64,000 nucleotides of DNA, from NCBI GenBank assembly GCA_049322955.1, contig JBMOPU010000012.1, positions 19,581 to 83,580 on the forward strand. The letters run 5' to 3'. Shown here one piece after another: positions 37,600 through 47,967 of this stretch. Below the pieces are notes generated by a model. It was not told the DNA's origin, did not search any database, and saw only the letters and a list, made by a program, of their open reading frames with translations. The position numbers and the translations under genes were made by a program. Positions within the stretch are counted from its first letter, which is position 1, and every line of letters begins with the position of its first letter. This stretch comes from Patescibacteria group bacterium (GTDB lineage: Bacteria > Patescibacteriota > Microgenomatia > UBA10105 > UBA927).

Positions 37600-37929
37600 A
37601 TGGAAAAAGTATTTGCCCAGGCAGCGCTTGACGTCAAACAACCGGACACCATTAAAATTACCGACATCGGTAAGCTGATTAGCGCGTTGGTCGGAACAGT
37701 TCTTATCATCGCGGCGCTTCTGGCATTTCTTTACCTCATTTTGGGTGGTATCAAGTGGATTACCTCGGGCGGCGATAAGGCCGGCATGGAGGAAGCACGA
37801 AACAAAATCACCCATGCAATCGTGGGGCTTATCATTGTCGGCTCTGCATGGGCAGTGATGACGCTCGTCCAAAACTTCCTGGGCGTCCAGATCATCGGTG
37901 GCTCCATCAACTTCCCGAAGCCATACTAA
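37600..37929 (+). CDS. T4SS-pilin-like (TrbC/VirB2-like) protein
   Basis: SGGDKAGMEEARNKITHAIVGLIIVGSAWAVMTLV motif block. Confidence 0.55.
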   Translation: MEKVFAQAALDVKQPDTIKITDIGKLISALVGTVLIIAALLAFLYLILGGIKWITSGGDKAGMEEARNKITHAIVGLIIVGSAWAVMTLVQNFLGVQIIGGSINFPKPY

Positions 37930-37977
37930 CGGTTTTTTGGTCTTTACGCGAGGGAGTTCCTCAGCGATAATAGGTAT

Positions 37978-38274
37978 ATGGAAAGCTGTTCTGTTGACGG
38001 TGTTGCACAAATCACCTGTCTCGTTCCCCTTGTCGCGAATGTTATTCGAGCAGTTGTTTCATTGGGCGCAGTTGCATTGTTCGTCATGTTGCTTGCGGGA
38101 GGATTTAATTTTCTCTTTTCCTCAGGCGATCAGAAAAAACTTGAGTCTGCGCGCGGCACCGTTACACAAGCAATTACCGGTATTATCATCATGTCCGTCG
38201 CCTATCTTATTATCAAAACCATACAAGTATTTACCGGGGTGGACGTTTCAACCATACAGTTTCCCACCCAGTAA
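37978..38274 (+). CDS. T4SS-pilin-like (TrbC/VirB2-like) protein
   Basis: SSGDQKKLESARGTVTQAITGIIIMSVAYLIIK motif block. Confidence 0.5.
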   Translation: MESCSVDGVAQITCLVPLVANVIRAVVSLGAVALFVMLLAGGFNFLFSSGDQKKLESARGTVTQAITGIIIMSVAYLIIKTIQVFTGVDVSTIQFPTQ

Positions 38275-38312
38275 TTGACTTGGGCGCGCGGTATTACGGA
38301 TAATAGACACAC

Positions 38313-39932
38313 ATGAAACGAGTATTCGGAGCAATTATCGGGGTGCTGTTGAGCGTTGTTCTCGTCGTTACTCCTTCCGTGGTCTTTGCGCAGGGAACGG
38401 ATTCGACTGCCACCGCGGGAGCCGGCGAGTGTGATTCATGGTTTGTTGCTCCGGTCACGTGTCTTCTGGACCCTATCACGAAAGGGGTTGCCGGTTCATT
38501 AAATAAGCAGGTAGGCGACATCGGTACCGCAACATTTTCCATGGGACAAATGGTCATTGCGGGTATGGGTCTTTGTGATTCCGAATGTAATCCTAATTGT
38601 CCCAAGGGGGTAAGTTACCAGCATAGTGCCGTTGCGGGTCTTTCCACCACCGCGCTTGCGATGTATCAGAATCCTCCGGCCGAAACGAAAACCTATATTG
38701 CCGATGTCGGACAGACATTGGGATTCATGCCTAAAAAAGCGCAGGCACAGGGCATCGGATTTTCCGGACTTGCGGCCCTTCTCGAACTTTGGAAATCATT
38801 CCGGAACATCGCATATGCGTTGCTTGCCGTAATTCTGATTGTGGTGGGCTTTATGGTCATGTTTCGGAAAAAGATCGATCCCAAGACCGTCGTCACGGTG
38901 CAGAATGCGATCCCCCGCATTGTCATTGCCCTGCTTTTGGTCACCTTCTCCTATGCGATCGTCGGGGTCATGATTGACCTCATGTATCTTGCCATTGTGA
39001 TGATCGTTTCAATCGTTTCGGGAGCGGCTGGACCAGCTCTTGGCCAGTCGGTGAGCTTATTTACCACCGGCGGATCATGCGTCGGTTCGGGAACGGGAGC
39101 CGTAGAGATCGGCGCGGGAACGGCAACGACGGAAAAAGTGGCGAGCGTGCTGTTTAACGGCGGCGTCGGCGGATTAATGCAATTTTTCATGGGGAGCGGG
39201 TTTCAGGCATGGGACGATATTGCCGCAATGTTAACCGGCGGCTTTGATCCGAAAACGACCGCGGCATACTTTATCGTACCCGGACTTATCGGTGCACTGG
39301 TAGGTGGCGGCAAGGGATTATTCACCGGGCTCGTGTCCGCCCCGATACTCTTGACATTAATCATCCTCATCGTGTTAATCTTTGGGTTTATCAGACTCGT
39401 CTTCATGCTGATTGATGCCTATATAAACATCATCATTTCTCTCCTTACCGCCCCCTTCCATCTGATGATGGAGGCGGTTCCGGGCACCAATGCGTTTGCC
39501 AATTGGTTTAAAAACTTGCTTTCCAAGATTATTGTCTTCCCTATTACCGCAGTACTCCTTTTGGTCGCCGCAATTCTCACTTCACAAAATGTCGCCACGA
39601 GTATTTGGGCTCCTCCTATGCTTTCAACCGGCGGTGGCACATTCGGTATGGCCGGTATCATAGGACTCGGCATGTTGCTCGTGATTCCGACAGTCGTGGG
39701 AGGCATCCAAAAAGGCTTAAAGGCCGAGCCTCTTGTCCCCGGCGGCGTCGGACCAATCTTCGGACCTCTTGGCTCGGGCGTCGGACAACTCTTCTCGCTC
39801 GTCTATCAGGCGTCGTTCGTTTCAAGTGCGCTTCGCCACAAACCGGACGACCGATCGGGCATGCAAATTGCCAGAGAAGGCGCTTCAAAGGGTCTTGGCG
39901 CGATTACGGGCGCCGGCGGCGGCGGTCACTAA
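38313..39932 (+). CDS. VirB6/TrbL-like polytopic membrane protein (signal peptide, Cys-rich ectodomain, multiple TM, Gly-rich GGGGH tail)
   Basis: 539 aa, N-terminal signal, at least 6 TM helices, located immediately after the pilin array. Confidence 0.45.
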   Translation: MKRVFGAIIGVLLSVVLVVTPSVVFAQGTDSTATAGAGECDSWFVAPVTCLLDPITKGVAGSLNKQVGDIGTATFSMGQMVIAGMGLCDSECNPNCPKGVSYQHSAVAGLSTTALAMYQNPPAETKTYIADVGQTLGFMPKKAQAQGIGFSGLAALLELWKSFRNIAYALLAVILIVVGFMVMFRKKIDPKTVVTVQNAIPRIVIALLLVTFSYAIVGVMIDLMYLAIVMIVSIVSGAAGPALGQSVSLFTTGGSCVGSGTGAVEIGAGTATTEKVASVLFNGGVGGLMQFFMGSGFQAWDDIAAMLTGGFDPKTTAAYFIVPGLIGALVGGGKGLFTGLVSAPILLTLIILIVLIFGFIRLVFMLIDAYINIIISLLTAPFHLMMEAVPGTNAFANWFKNLLSKIIVFPITAVLLLVAAILTSQNVATSIWAPPMLSTGGGTFGMAGIIGLGMLLVIPTVVGGIQKGLKAEPLVPGGVGPIFGPLGSGVGQLFSLVYQASFVSSALRHKPDDRSGMQIAREGASKGLGAITGAGGGGH

Positions 39933-40063
39933 CACTCCCCTTTTTGTTACAGAATACACTCAGTATCTTTCCCTCGCCTTGGTTGCGTTTTGTTGCACCA
40001 TGAAATCATAAGGAAGTAGGGTCACCTGTGAGGAATTTCGGGGATATATGTCAACCAAAAGGG

Positions 40064-43000
40064 TTAATGGCCTCCCCCGCCACCGCCTCCCTTTTGTTCT
40101 TCAAGGGACTTTTCTGCGGCAATAGCTAGGGTTGCCAAAATTGGTACCCACCAGTATTTTCGCGCCATCGCCCACAATCGGTCGATAGGTAACGTACGGA
40201 ACTCCTTTTGCAGATCCTGCAGATACTCCGGATGATTGATAAAAAGCCCCATGTCATGGGCGGTATGAATAATTTCCGATATCTTTATTTCATCCCAGAC
40301 GTTTCCATGTGAACCGGTATATCGGGTAGAATAGGACACCGCTTCGGCAATGGAGTGCGGCCAATGCGCAATTTTTTCTTTTGCCAAATGTTGCCACCGT
40401 TCCTTGCCAAATATGGCCTGAAGAATTTTATTGTTCTCCAACCCGCGAAAATCCGGTTCAACATGCTGTAACAAACCGATAAGACCCGGAACGAGTTGCA
40501 TTGATAGGTGTCTTCCTTTGTTCATCTCAAAAAACACCCGCATCATTTCCTTGACGGTTGCTTCCGCCGCATCGGGACCCGAGTAGTCAACAATGGCGGT
40601 CCGCACTTCCATCATTTTCTGTAAGCTCTTGGTGTAATCGTTGGGAGACAGTACCATTTCCGAATTTGAGAAGAACTCCATAAGACCGTCGCGCGCGCGC
40701 ATCTGTGCTCCTACGTCACGAATACGCCGATGCATGGCGACGGTTCCCAGCTGATAAAAGTTTGTTTCTTTCCAGTCGAAATCGGTTAAGCTCATGGTGA
40801 GCGGCAGTTTCAGCGCGGCGATGGCGTCCATCTTATTTCTGAAATTCGTTCCCGATGCCTCAACGGGGCGGCTCCGATATATCTCCGCCTGCATATCCAC
40901 GATAATCTGGCGCATGCTTTCATTACGTGCAGGATCGAGATTTAAGATTTTCAAATACGGCGCCACCAAGGCATCGAAATCTTTCTTTTCGGCTAAATCA
41001 ATACGGGCAAATTGCCATTCTTTCTCATGCGCCATCTTGAGTTCGGCAAGCGAAAGCGCCTCTTTAAACTTCTTCCACTCTTCGTGGGTAATATTGTTTT
41101 TGGTAAGGATACGCTCCGTATCCTCCTCTAAAAGTTCGAGGAATTTCGAGGGATTTCTGCGTAACATACGATCGAGAATCGGACGTCGTTCTCCCGCATT
41201 ACCTGCCGTAAGGAGCTGAATGGAAAGCGCCTGATTATCCAAAAGCGCGGCGTTTTCCGGGAGCTTCTTTAAACTCAGCATCTTGCCGCGCAGTTCATCC
41301 GCGACTCCTTTTTCCAAACGCCATGCGGTGCCGTCGTAAAATCCCCCCGAAGCCATAAAGCCCGGTCCCAACAACTCACTGAATGATATACCCGTCGCGT
41401 CTTCGGCAAATTCCCATGTTTCCATGGATTTTTGTCGTTCTTTATCATGCTCGTGATGTTTGGCCTCGTGCCACTCTTTTGTTTTGGTAAGCTTGAACTT
41501 ATGTCCCAGACTTTCGGCGGCTCCGCTTATCTTCTTATACCAATTCGGTTCCTTGGGATTTATGCCTTTTGTCCGAAGCAGATTCTTGCGGAAGATACTT
41601 CGTGCCGTAATACCCATATCGCCGCCGATATTAAAACGGGTGGCAAATGTTTCAGGGTTAAATATCCGTTGTATGTCTTCGAAAGCGGGTGCCCGCATGA
41701 CATGCTTTCCGGAACTTGTTCCGTACTCCACCGCGGGAGGAACGGACATCATGGCACCGATCATGGCCATGCGACCCGAGCCAATCATGGCGGTGCGAGA
41801 AGCCCACAGCGCCATACGCACCTCATATTCGGCAGGCTTGTAGTTCGGGTCATCAGGATGCTGGGCTTTCAAATACTCGACGAGACGCTTTCGCACTTCG
41901 ATATCAACCGGCGATAACCCTCTCGTTTCCAAAAGCTCCTGGGTGAAATTTTCATTGAGCATTTCCTCGCGATGCGAATAAATCTGATAGAGACGTTCAA
42001 CCTCGGAAAGCTGTTCCGTTTCCTTTTCGGTGAGCGCGACTCCTTCACTCTTTTTCTTTAACAGTTGCTCGCGGGTATTTCTGAGTTTGGAAAGCGTAAT
42101 ATGGAGTTCCGTATAGCTTTGCACATCGTCATCCCACAACATGACTCCTTCTGCGGCCAAATCCATTTGCTGTTGAATCTCATGCATCAGCCGTTGATCC
42201 TCAACGGAAAGCGGGCTTTGGGTTTTGCCTTTTTCCGGATCAAATCCTTCCTGCCGCTGTTTTGCCTTGAGTTCTTTCAAAATATCTTCCCGCTTCATGG
42301 TCTTGCCGTTCCAGGTGATATCCTCACGCAAATACTTAATGGCTTCGCCGTATTTTGCTCGTTTTGTCGCCATAAGTTCAAAAAGCACATGTTCGTATAA
42401 GCTGTACGCTTCGTTGGAGTGGTCGAAGTTTTTATACAGATGATCAAGATCGGCTCCCTGCAACAAACTCATGGCTTTAAGCCGATCCTTCACATCACCG
42501 GGATTATACATAAGCCCTTTGACGGCATATTCGTATTGTCCCCGACTATCCCAGTGTTTTTGATACAGCTGTACCGCAAGGTGATATTCACTGCCGTACT
42601 TCCATACGAGGAAGTCTTTAAATTCCTGGAAGCGTTGGTCCTGTGTAAGGGTCGGCCGTGTTTCCTCGCGACCCATAGAATAAATCTGATCAATAAAATC
42701 GAAATACCAACGAGCTTCCCCTTCGTCACCCTGGATAAGCATTTCAACATCGGACGGCGGAATATAGCGGAAATCAGGAAACACCTCATCCGGCCGATGA
42801 AGCTCGGGATTGGGGGCATTGCCCATAACCTCTCCCCACGTGACCACTCGTCCGCCACGAAGCTTCTCCTGATGTTTCTGCATCCGCAAATCGGTAAATC
42901 GCTCGAAATGACGCACCCGTTCAACCGCCTGTTGGACGAGTTTTTCGTTGACACCTTCTTTTCTGCCTTTTTCTACAATGCGTCGCACCGCGTCGTCGGT

Positions 43001-43705
43001 GAGTCGCCCGTCGTAGGCGGCCCCCGGATCTACGCGGAACCGATACTGCAAGTCTTTAAGATCATTGGCAATCGGCGTATCCATAAGCTCCGTGTCAGTA
43101 GATTCGTCATACAAATTTTTCACTTCACGGGTTAGCTCGGGATCACTATCCGCCGCAGGGTCATCCTGTCCTTGCGCGGCATCCTCCCCTCCCGACCCGC
43201 CTTGTATAACGGGCATCGCCTCATACTGCAATCGCTCAAGGCTCGGATGCTCGGCAACGATTTTTCGCAAAAACTTCCGTGCTTCAACGGCGGTGGGGCT
43301 CGTAAATTCCGCATCTTTTGCCACTTGTACCAACTGCTCGGCAACCCCGCGCATATACTCGGGGTTCGCTAGCTGTGCTTCATCGGCAGTCAGCAATGAT
43401 TCGACGATACTAAACACGCGGGCATCTTTCGGTAGATCATGTTCACTGCCGATAATCCGTTTTGTCGCCTCAGACGTTGTTTCCGCAAGCTTACCGACGA
43501 GTGCCGCAAACCGTTCGGGCGATACGTCGTGTGTTTCGGGGAGAGCGGTCGTTCCTTCTTGCGGCATCTCGGGCGTTGCGGCGGGCGGCGTGGACGAAGG
43601 AGTTTCCGGGGTCGGCGATTGCTCCACGGGGCGAGCGGTGGGGGTTCCTTCCGCCGCTTTTTTTGCGGCCTCCGTCAGACGTTTAAATAGCTCTTCGTTT
43701 GCCAT
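40064..43705 (-). CDS. giant (1213 aa) acidic hypothetical protein with C-terminal TM anchor and GGGGGGH tail; T4SS-associated
   Basis: Single long ORF; internal antisense ORFs judged spurious. C-terminal WWVPILATLAIAA helix. Confidence 0.5.
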   Translation of the reverse strand: MANEELFKRLTEAAKKAAEGTPTARPVEQSPTPETPSSTPPAATPEMPQEGTTALPETHDVSPERFAALVGKLAETTSEATKRIIGSEHDLPKDARVFSIVESLLTADEAQLANPEYMRGVAEQLVQVAKDAEFTSPTAVEARKFLRKIVAEHPSLERLQYEAMPVIQGGSGGEDAAQGQDDPAADSDPELTREVKNLYDESTDTELMDTPIANDLKDLQYRFRVDPGAAYDGRLTDDAVRRIVEKGRKEGVNEKLVQQAVERVRHFERFTDLRMQKHQEKLRGGRVVTWGEVMGNAPNPELHRPDEVFPDFRYIPPSDVEMLIQGDEGEARWYFDFIDQIYSMGREETRPTLTQDQRFQEFKDFLVWKYGSEYHLAVQLYQKHWDSRGQYEYAVKGLMYNPGDVKDRLKAMSLLQGADLDHLYKNFDHSNEAYSLYEHVLFELMATKRAKYGEAIKYLREDITWNGKTMKREDILKELKAKQRQEGFDPEKGKTQSPLSVEDQRLMHEIQQQMDLAAEGVMLWDDDVQSYTELHITLSKLRNTREQLLKKKSEGVALTEKETEQLSEVERLYQIYSHREEMLNENFTQELLETRGLSPVDIEVRKRLVEYLKAQHPDDPNYKPAEYEVRMALWASRTAMIGSGRMAMIGAMMSVPPAVEYGTSSGKHVMRAPAFEDIQRIFNPETFATRFNIGGDMGITARSIFRKNLLRTKGINPKEPNWYKKISGAAESLGHKFKLTKTKEWHEAKHHEHDKERQKSMETWEFAEDATGISFSELLGPGFMASGGFYDGTAWRLEKGVADELRGKMLSLKKLPENAALLDNQALSIQLLTAGNAGERRPILDRMLRRNPSKFLELLEEDTERILTKNNITHEEWKKFKEALSLAELKMAHEKEWQFARIDLAEKKDFDALVAPYLKILNLDPARNESMRQIIVDMQAEIYRSRPVEASGTNFRNKMDAIAALKLPLTMSLTDFDWKETNFYQLGTVAMHRRIRDVGAQMRARDGLMEFFSNSEMVLSPNDYTKSLQKMMEVRTAIVDYSGPDAAEATVKEMMRVFFEMNKGRHLSMQLVPGLIGLLQHVEPDFRGLENNKILQAIFGKERWQHLAKEKIAHWPHSIAEAVSYSTRYTGSHGNVWDEIKISEIIHTAHDMGLFINHPEYLQDLQKEFRTLPIDRLWAMARKYWWVPILATLAIAAEKSLEEQKGGGGGGGH

Positions 43706-43785
43706 ATGCAGAATACACCGAATTGGCGCGCCAGATAGGTACGCCTAGTAATATTCTATCGTTTCGCCAGATGACAAACAAGGAG

Positions 43786-44340
43786 TTATCGATAAAGGCT
43801 GTGCGCGGCTATGTATTCGCTGATTGCGGGGGGAACAAACTGATCAACGGAAAGGCCTTTTGCCACCCGCTTGCGGATTTTTGTGGAGGAAATATTGCTC
43901 CCTACCAAAAGATCGCTCCCCACAATCGTCATGTTTTCATACAACGGCTCATTCGGGAATCCATACCGCGGAAAAACAAGGAAGGGCATTGTTGCGAGGA
44001 GATCTTTCCATCTCCCCCACAAATGAAATGTCGGCAGTTGATCGGACCCGATGATAAATCGGAATTCGTGTTCTTTCGGCAAAAACGGGAGCAGGTTTAT
44101 TGTGTCTCCGTCGAGTTTATGATCAATTTCTATGGTCGAAACTTTTGTTTTCTCAAGCGCGAGAAGCTTCGTCATCGCCAGCCGGTGGTGCACATCGGCA
44201 ACGGGTTTGGGGGGGATTTGGCCGTAATTGGGTAAAAACCATACTTCGTCCGTATCGGTAAAATCCAGCACTTGCCGGGCAATCATGAGGTGACCTATAT
44301 GGGGAGGGTTAAATGCGCCCCCTAACAATCCTATTTTCAT
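43786..44340 (-). CDS. nadD: nicotinate-nucleotide adenylyltransferase
   Basis: GGAFNPPHIGH motif, about 184 aa. Confidence 0.8.
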   Translation of the reverse strand: MKIGLLGGAFNPPHIGHLMIARQVLDFTDTDEVWFLPNYGQIPPKPVADVHHRLAMTKLLALEKTKVSTIEIDHKLDGDTINLLPFLPKEHEFRFIIGSDQLPTFHLWGRWKDLLATMPFLVFPRYGFPNEPLYENMTIVGSDLLVGSNISSTKIRKRVAKGLSVDQFVPPAISEYIAAHSLYR

Positions 44341-44345
44341 GGGTG

Positions 44346-46529
44346 CTATTGTACCTTCTTTGTGTAGCGTTCGCGAGAAACACGGATTACCGTGTCCCGT
44401 TGCTGGTTTCTGCTTTTGGGAAGCGGAAGCGTCGTTGCCGAAAACGGCGATGATGTTTTGTTGTCGATTGAAAGCTTCAAGACAACCTCAAAATTTCCCA
44501 ATCCCACCAACTCGGCCTCTTCATACTTTTCTCCGAATTCTCGTCCTAAGAGCCGTGCATCCGCCGCACCCACGGCAAACGATATGATTGATCCCGCGTT
44601 CCCGAAAATCGCTTTTTGTACGTCTTCATCAATCTGACCTATATACTGATTCGCAAGCGAAAGATTCAGTCGATACTTACGCGCTTCAGAAAGAATTTTG
44701 ATAAACGACTGTGTGGCGAAGTTCTGAAACTCGTCCACGTACAGATAAAAATCCCGTCGGTTTTCTTCGCTGACATAGACTCTGTTCATCGCCGCAAGTT
44801 GCATTTTCGTGATAATCATCGCGCCCAACAGTGCACTGCTGTCCTCCCCCAGCTTACCCTGGGACAAATTGACGATCACTATTTTTCCTTCATTCATCAT
44901 GTGTTCAAGATCAATGGTTGACGTTGGACTTCCGACAATATTTCTGATTGTTTTCGAAGACAAAAACTGCCCTACTTTGTTGAGTATCGGTGAAATGGAT
45001 TCGCTCCGCATTTGCGGGGACAGCTTGTTAAATTCGTTTAACCAAAAATTTTTGAGTACCCTGTCATCCAATTTTTCCACAATTTTCTCCCGGAATCGAT
45101 CGTTCGTCAAAAGTTCCGGAATGTCCAAAAACGTTGACTGCGGCACGTGGGTGAGCGTCAAAATGGTGTTTCGTAAAATGTACTCCAGCCGCGGCCCCCA
45201 ACTCATGTGATAGAGCTTATAAAATATCGAGACGATGCCAGAGGCAACTAATTCACGGTATGCGGGATTTTTCACTTCAAGCGCGTTGAGATGAAACGGA
45301 TGATCAGTGTCCGATGGATCAAGATATGCAACATCGTTTATCCGGTGTGAGGGTACGTAATCAAGAATGATGTCGCACAGATCTCCGTGCGGATCAATAA
45401 TGGCCATGCCCTCCCCGTTTTTCATATCGTTTATCGCCATATTGGCGATAAGGGTTGATTTTCCCGTGCCTGTTTTCCCGATGACGTAGACATGCTTTCG
45501 CCGGTCGGCTTTTTTGATTCCAAAGGTTGCCTGCATGTTTTTATATTCCGTTCGGGCAAAGAAATTGATCTGCCGTTTTTCCTCATCATCACTCCCCGCA
45601 ATCGGCAAATCTTCGGGGGCTTCGCCCAACAGGCGCGCACTCCAACGAATATTCTTAATCATTGATAACCCAAGACCCGGAGGGTGCCATAATGACGCAA
45701 TCTCCGAAGAACCGAGCACTTGGAAACGCGGTCTGGCGTAATCACTTCGCTCAATAAGCGCCTGCTCGAACTTTGTCTTTTGCCAAAACTGCGGTTCGGA
45801 TAACACAAGACTGTTCCCTTCTCCCAACGAATATACGCCAAAGGTGCCCGCAGTCGTCGTAAGAAGGCTTTTTGCCCGTTCCACGGCCGCCGCCACCGTA
45901 ACGATGCGAATAGCCGCATGAAACCCCGACTGGTTCATCTTCACCTCCATAAGCCGTGCGTGCGGGTGTGCTTTTGTTCTTCCCGTCGTGGAATGAGGGT
46001 CGGGCACCCCTTTTGCAATAAGAGAGGCTATCGATCGTTGCCATGAGGCACCGGCGGGCGTAAGCCGTATTTGAATAGCAACCGCTTCCTGGGAAGGAAG
46101 CTTTGCCAGCTGACCGACGACCCCGGAAAGGATATCAAGGTCTTTGATATCTTTATACGTGCGAAGCGGCAGATAAAAGCTGTTGCCATAGACAAGCTGT
46201 CCGACGCCGTGCGGAAGCGAAAGGAAATGGGGCATATAATCTTTCGCCGGTGAGATCAAAACACGCGGGTATTGTGCGGTAAGCTGACTTTCAACATAGG
46301 CGCGTTGATGATCGGCAGTCACGAGAAAAAAGTGGATACCGCTATTCACCGATACTATCTCCAGGCTTATTGATGAGCCGGGGGTATGTCCGCCGAACAA
46401 TCGCTGAAAAAATCCCCGATGGTCTCCCCCGGCGCTTAACGATGCGAGCACCTGCTCCATGGCAAGCGGAGACTCTTCGCTTTCCCGACTGTTTTGTATT
46501 TCTAAAATTACCTGTTCAGTACCGCTCAT
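44346..46529 (-). CDS. VirD4/TraG-like T4SS coupling ATPase (cytoplasmic, no N-terminal TM)
   Basis: Walker A VIGKTGTGKST followed by AIIDPHGDL. Walker B-like YLYVDEFQNF. Confidence 0.55.
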   Translation of the reverse strand: MSGTEQVILEIQNSRESEESPLAMEQVLASLSAGGDHRGFFQRLFGGHTPGSSISLEIVSVNSGIHFFLVTADHQRAYVESQLTAQYPRVLISPAKDYMPHFLSLPHGVGQLVYGNSFYLPLRTYKDIKDLDILSGVVGQLAKLPSQEAVAIQIRLTPAGASWQRSIASLIAKGVPDPHSTTGRTKAHPHARLMEVKMNQSGFHAAIRIVTVAAAVERAKSLLTTTAGTFGVYSLGEGNSLVLSEPQFWQKTKFEQALIERSDYARPRFQVLGSSEIASLWHPPGLGLSMIKNIRWSARLLGEAPEDLPIAGSDDEEKRQINFFARTEYKNMQATFGIKKADRRKHVYVIGKTGTGKSTLIANMAINDMKNGEGMAIIDPHGDLCDIILDYVPSHRINDVAYLDPSDTDHPFHLNALEVKNPAYRELVASGIVSIFYKLYHMSWGPRLEYILRNTILTLTHVPQSTFLDIPELLTNDRFREKIVEKLDDRVLKNFWLNEFNKLSPQMRSESISPILNKVGQFLSSKTIRNIVGSPTSTIDLEHMMNEGKIVIVNLSQGKLGEDSSALLGAMIITKMQLAAMNRVYVSEENRRDFYLYVDEFQNFATQSFIKILSEARKYRLNLSLANQYIGQIDEDVQKAIFGNAGSIISFAVGAADARLLGREFGEKYEEAELVGLGNFEVVLKLSIDNKTSSPFSATTLPLPKSRNQQRDTVIRVSRERYTKKVQ

Positions 46530-46652
46530 GAGGTAATCTTATCACACGAATTTTTTCGCTGTTCGTGAAAACTTAAAAAGTGGAGTTTTCACGGTCCTGA
46601 TGCGCTTTGTGCTATTGAACCCCATTCGTTTTCCCTCTACAATATTTTTAGT

Positions 46653-47963
46653 ATGGAGCAACATCCAGTACCGCAAAATGTCACCACTTTTCAGTTCCGT
46701 CTCATCGGAGACATGACGCTGAAGCAGTTCGGATATCTTATTGCGGGCGGTATCCTCGCCGTTATCGCCTATAAGTTGCCGCTTCCGTTCATCGTCACTT
46801 GGCCGCTTGCGGGTGCGTTTGCGTTTCTTGGTGTCGGCTTTGCGTTTATTCCCGTTGAAGAGCGGCCGATGGATGTATGGGTCTTTTCGTTTTTTAAAAG
46901 CGTCTATAGTCCCACACAATATATTTGGTCCCACACCCAAGAACCGGCACCCGTACAAATGCCGACTCCGGTGAAACAACCTGCTCAGCCTCAAGTTCCG
47001 CCAAAACCGGTTGCGGCCGCGGTAGCACAACCCGCTCCGTCTCCCATCGTTTCCCCGGCACCGTCGTCACAAAAAGCCGTGTTGTCCAATTTGTTCCAGC
47101 CGGTGCCGCAGGCGCCGAAGCCGGCGGTTCCGTCATCGTTTGCCGTTCCCCCGGTGCCTCATTCATTCCTTGATAACGTGTCGTCATTTTTCCACCCCAA
47201 ACCGCACCCTGCCCCCGCGTCATCACCCGCTCCTGCGCCCGTTCCATCGGTAACGGGACACCACCCCGTTGTTCCCCAGCAGACACCGCAACAGGTCGCC
47301 GACGCACAGGCCAATACCGCGATGCATGCAAAGATGGCAAGTTTAGAGGCGACGCTCAAGGCGCTTGAGGAAAAACTGTCCGCAAAGACGGTTACCGAAG
47401 AAAGGGTGCTTGAATTACAAAAGCAACTTACTGAGGTCATGACCCAAAAAGCAAAAACAGAGGAGGAACTTATCGCCCTCAAACGACATAGGGAACAGCC
47501 CCCCGCCCCGATGCCCCCTCCCGCGACAACACCACCGCCATCGGCACCTGTTCCTCCGTTGACTCCCGCCTCCCGCGGCGCGGTGAACGTCATAACAACG
47601 CAGGAAGGTGCGGTCAAGGCGGGTCTTCCCCGGCTGACTAACGTGCCCAATGTGGTAACGGGCCTCGTTAAAGACGATACCGGTAATTTCCTCCCCGGAA
47701 TACTCGTCACCATAACAAACAGCGAGGGTGTTCCGGTGCGAGCACTTAAAACAAACAAGTTGGGACAATTTGCCGCCTCAACCCAGCTCGCCTCGGGTAC
47801 GTATTTTGTTGAAATCGAGGATCCGCGCGCACGATTTACCTTTTCGCGCGTACAAATCACGTTAAACGGTGCGGTCGTGCCCGTTCTTGAAATAATCGCC
47901 AAAAGCGAAAAGGTTTTAACCCGCGAAAAACTCGCACAGGAAATATTCGGCAAAACAACCTAG
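46653..47963 (+). CDS. PrgI/VirB3-like membrane protein fused to Pro-rich linker, coiled coil and C-terminal beta-sandwich-like domain
   Basis: N-terminal FQFRLIGDMTLKQFGYLIAGGILAVIAY + second TM. Long PAPxP linker. VKDDTGNFLPGILVTITNSEGVP carboxypeptidase-regulatory-like fold hint. Confidence 0.45.
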   Translation: MEQHPVPQNVTTFQFRLIGDMTLKQFGYLIAGGILAVIAYKLPLPFIVTWPLAGAFAFLGVGFAFIPVEERPMDVWVFSFFKSVYSPTQYIWSHTQEPAPVQMPTPVKQPAQPQVPPKPVAAAVAQPAPSPIVSPAPSSQKAVLSNLFQPVPQAPKPAVPSSFAVPPVPHSFLDNVSSFFHPKPHPAPASSPAPAPVPSVTGHHPVVPQQTPQQVADAQANTAMHAKMASLEATLKALEEKLSAKTVTEERVLELQKQLTEVMTQKAKTEEELIALKRHREQPPAPMPPPATTPPPSAPVPPLTPASRGAVNVITTQEGAVKAGLPRLTNVPNVVTGLVKDDTGNFLPGILVTITNSEGVPVRALKTNKLGQFAASTQLASGTYFVEIEDPRARFTFSRVQITLNGAVVPVLEIIAKSEKVLTREKLAQEIFGKTT

Positions 47964-47967
47964 ACCT

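Noticed and set aside
40794-43748. Multiple 70-240-aa ORFs on the plus strand inside the 1213-aa gene
   Set aside because: They are nested antisense within one long uninterrupted ORF, with low-complexity Ser/Arg-rich translations.
46542-47030. 162-aa minus-strand ORF rich in Arg/Lys
   Set aside because: It is antisense to the PrgI-like gene start and intergenic promoter. The low-complexity basic sequence is typical of a spurious reading of GC/AT-skewed DNA.
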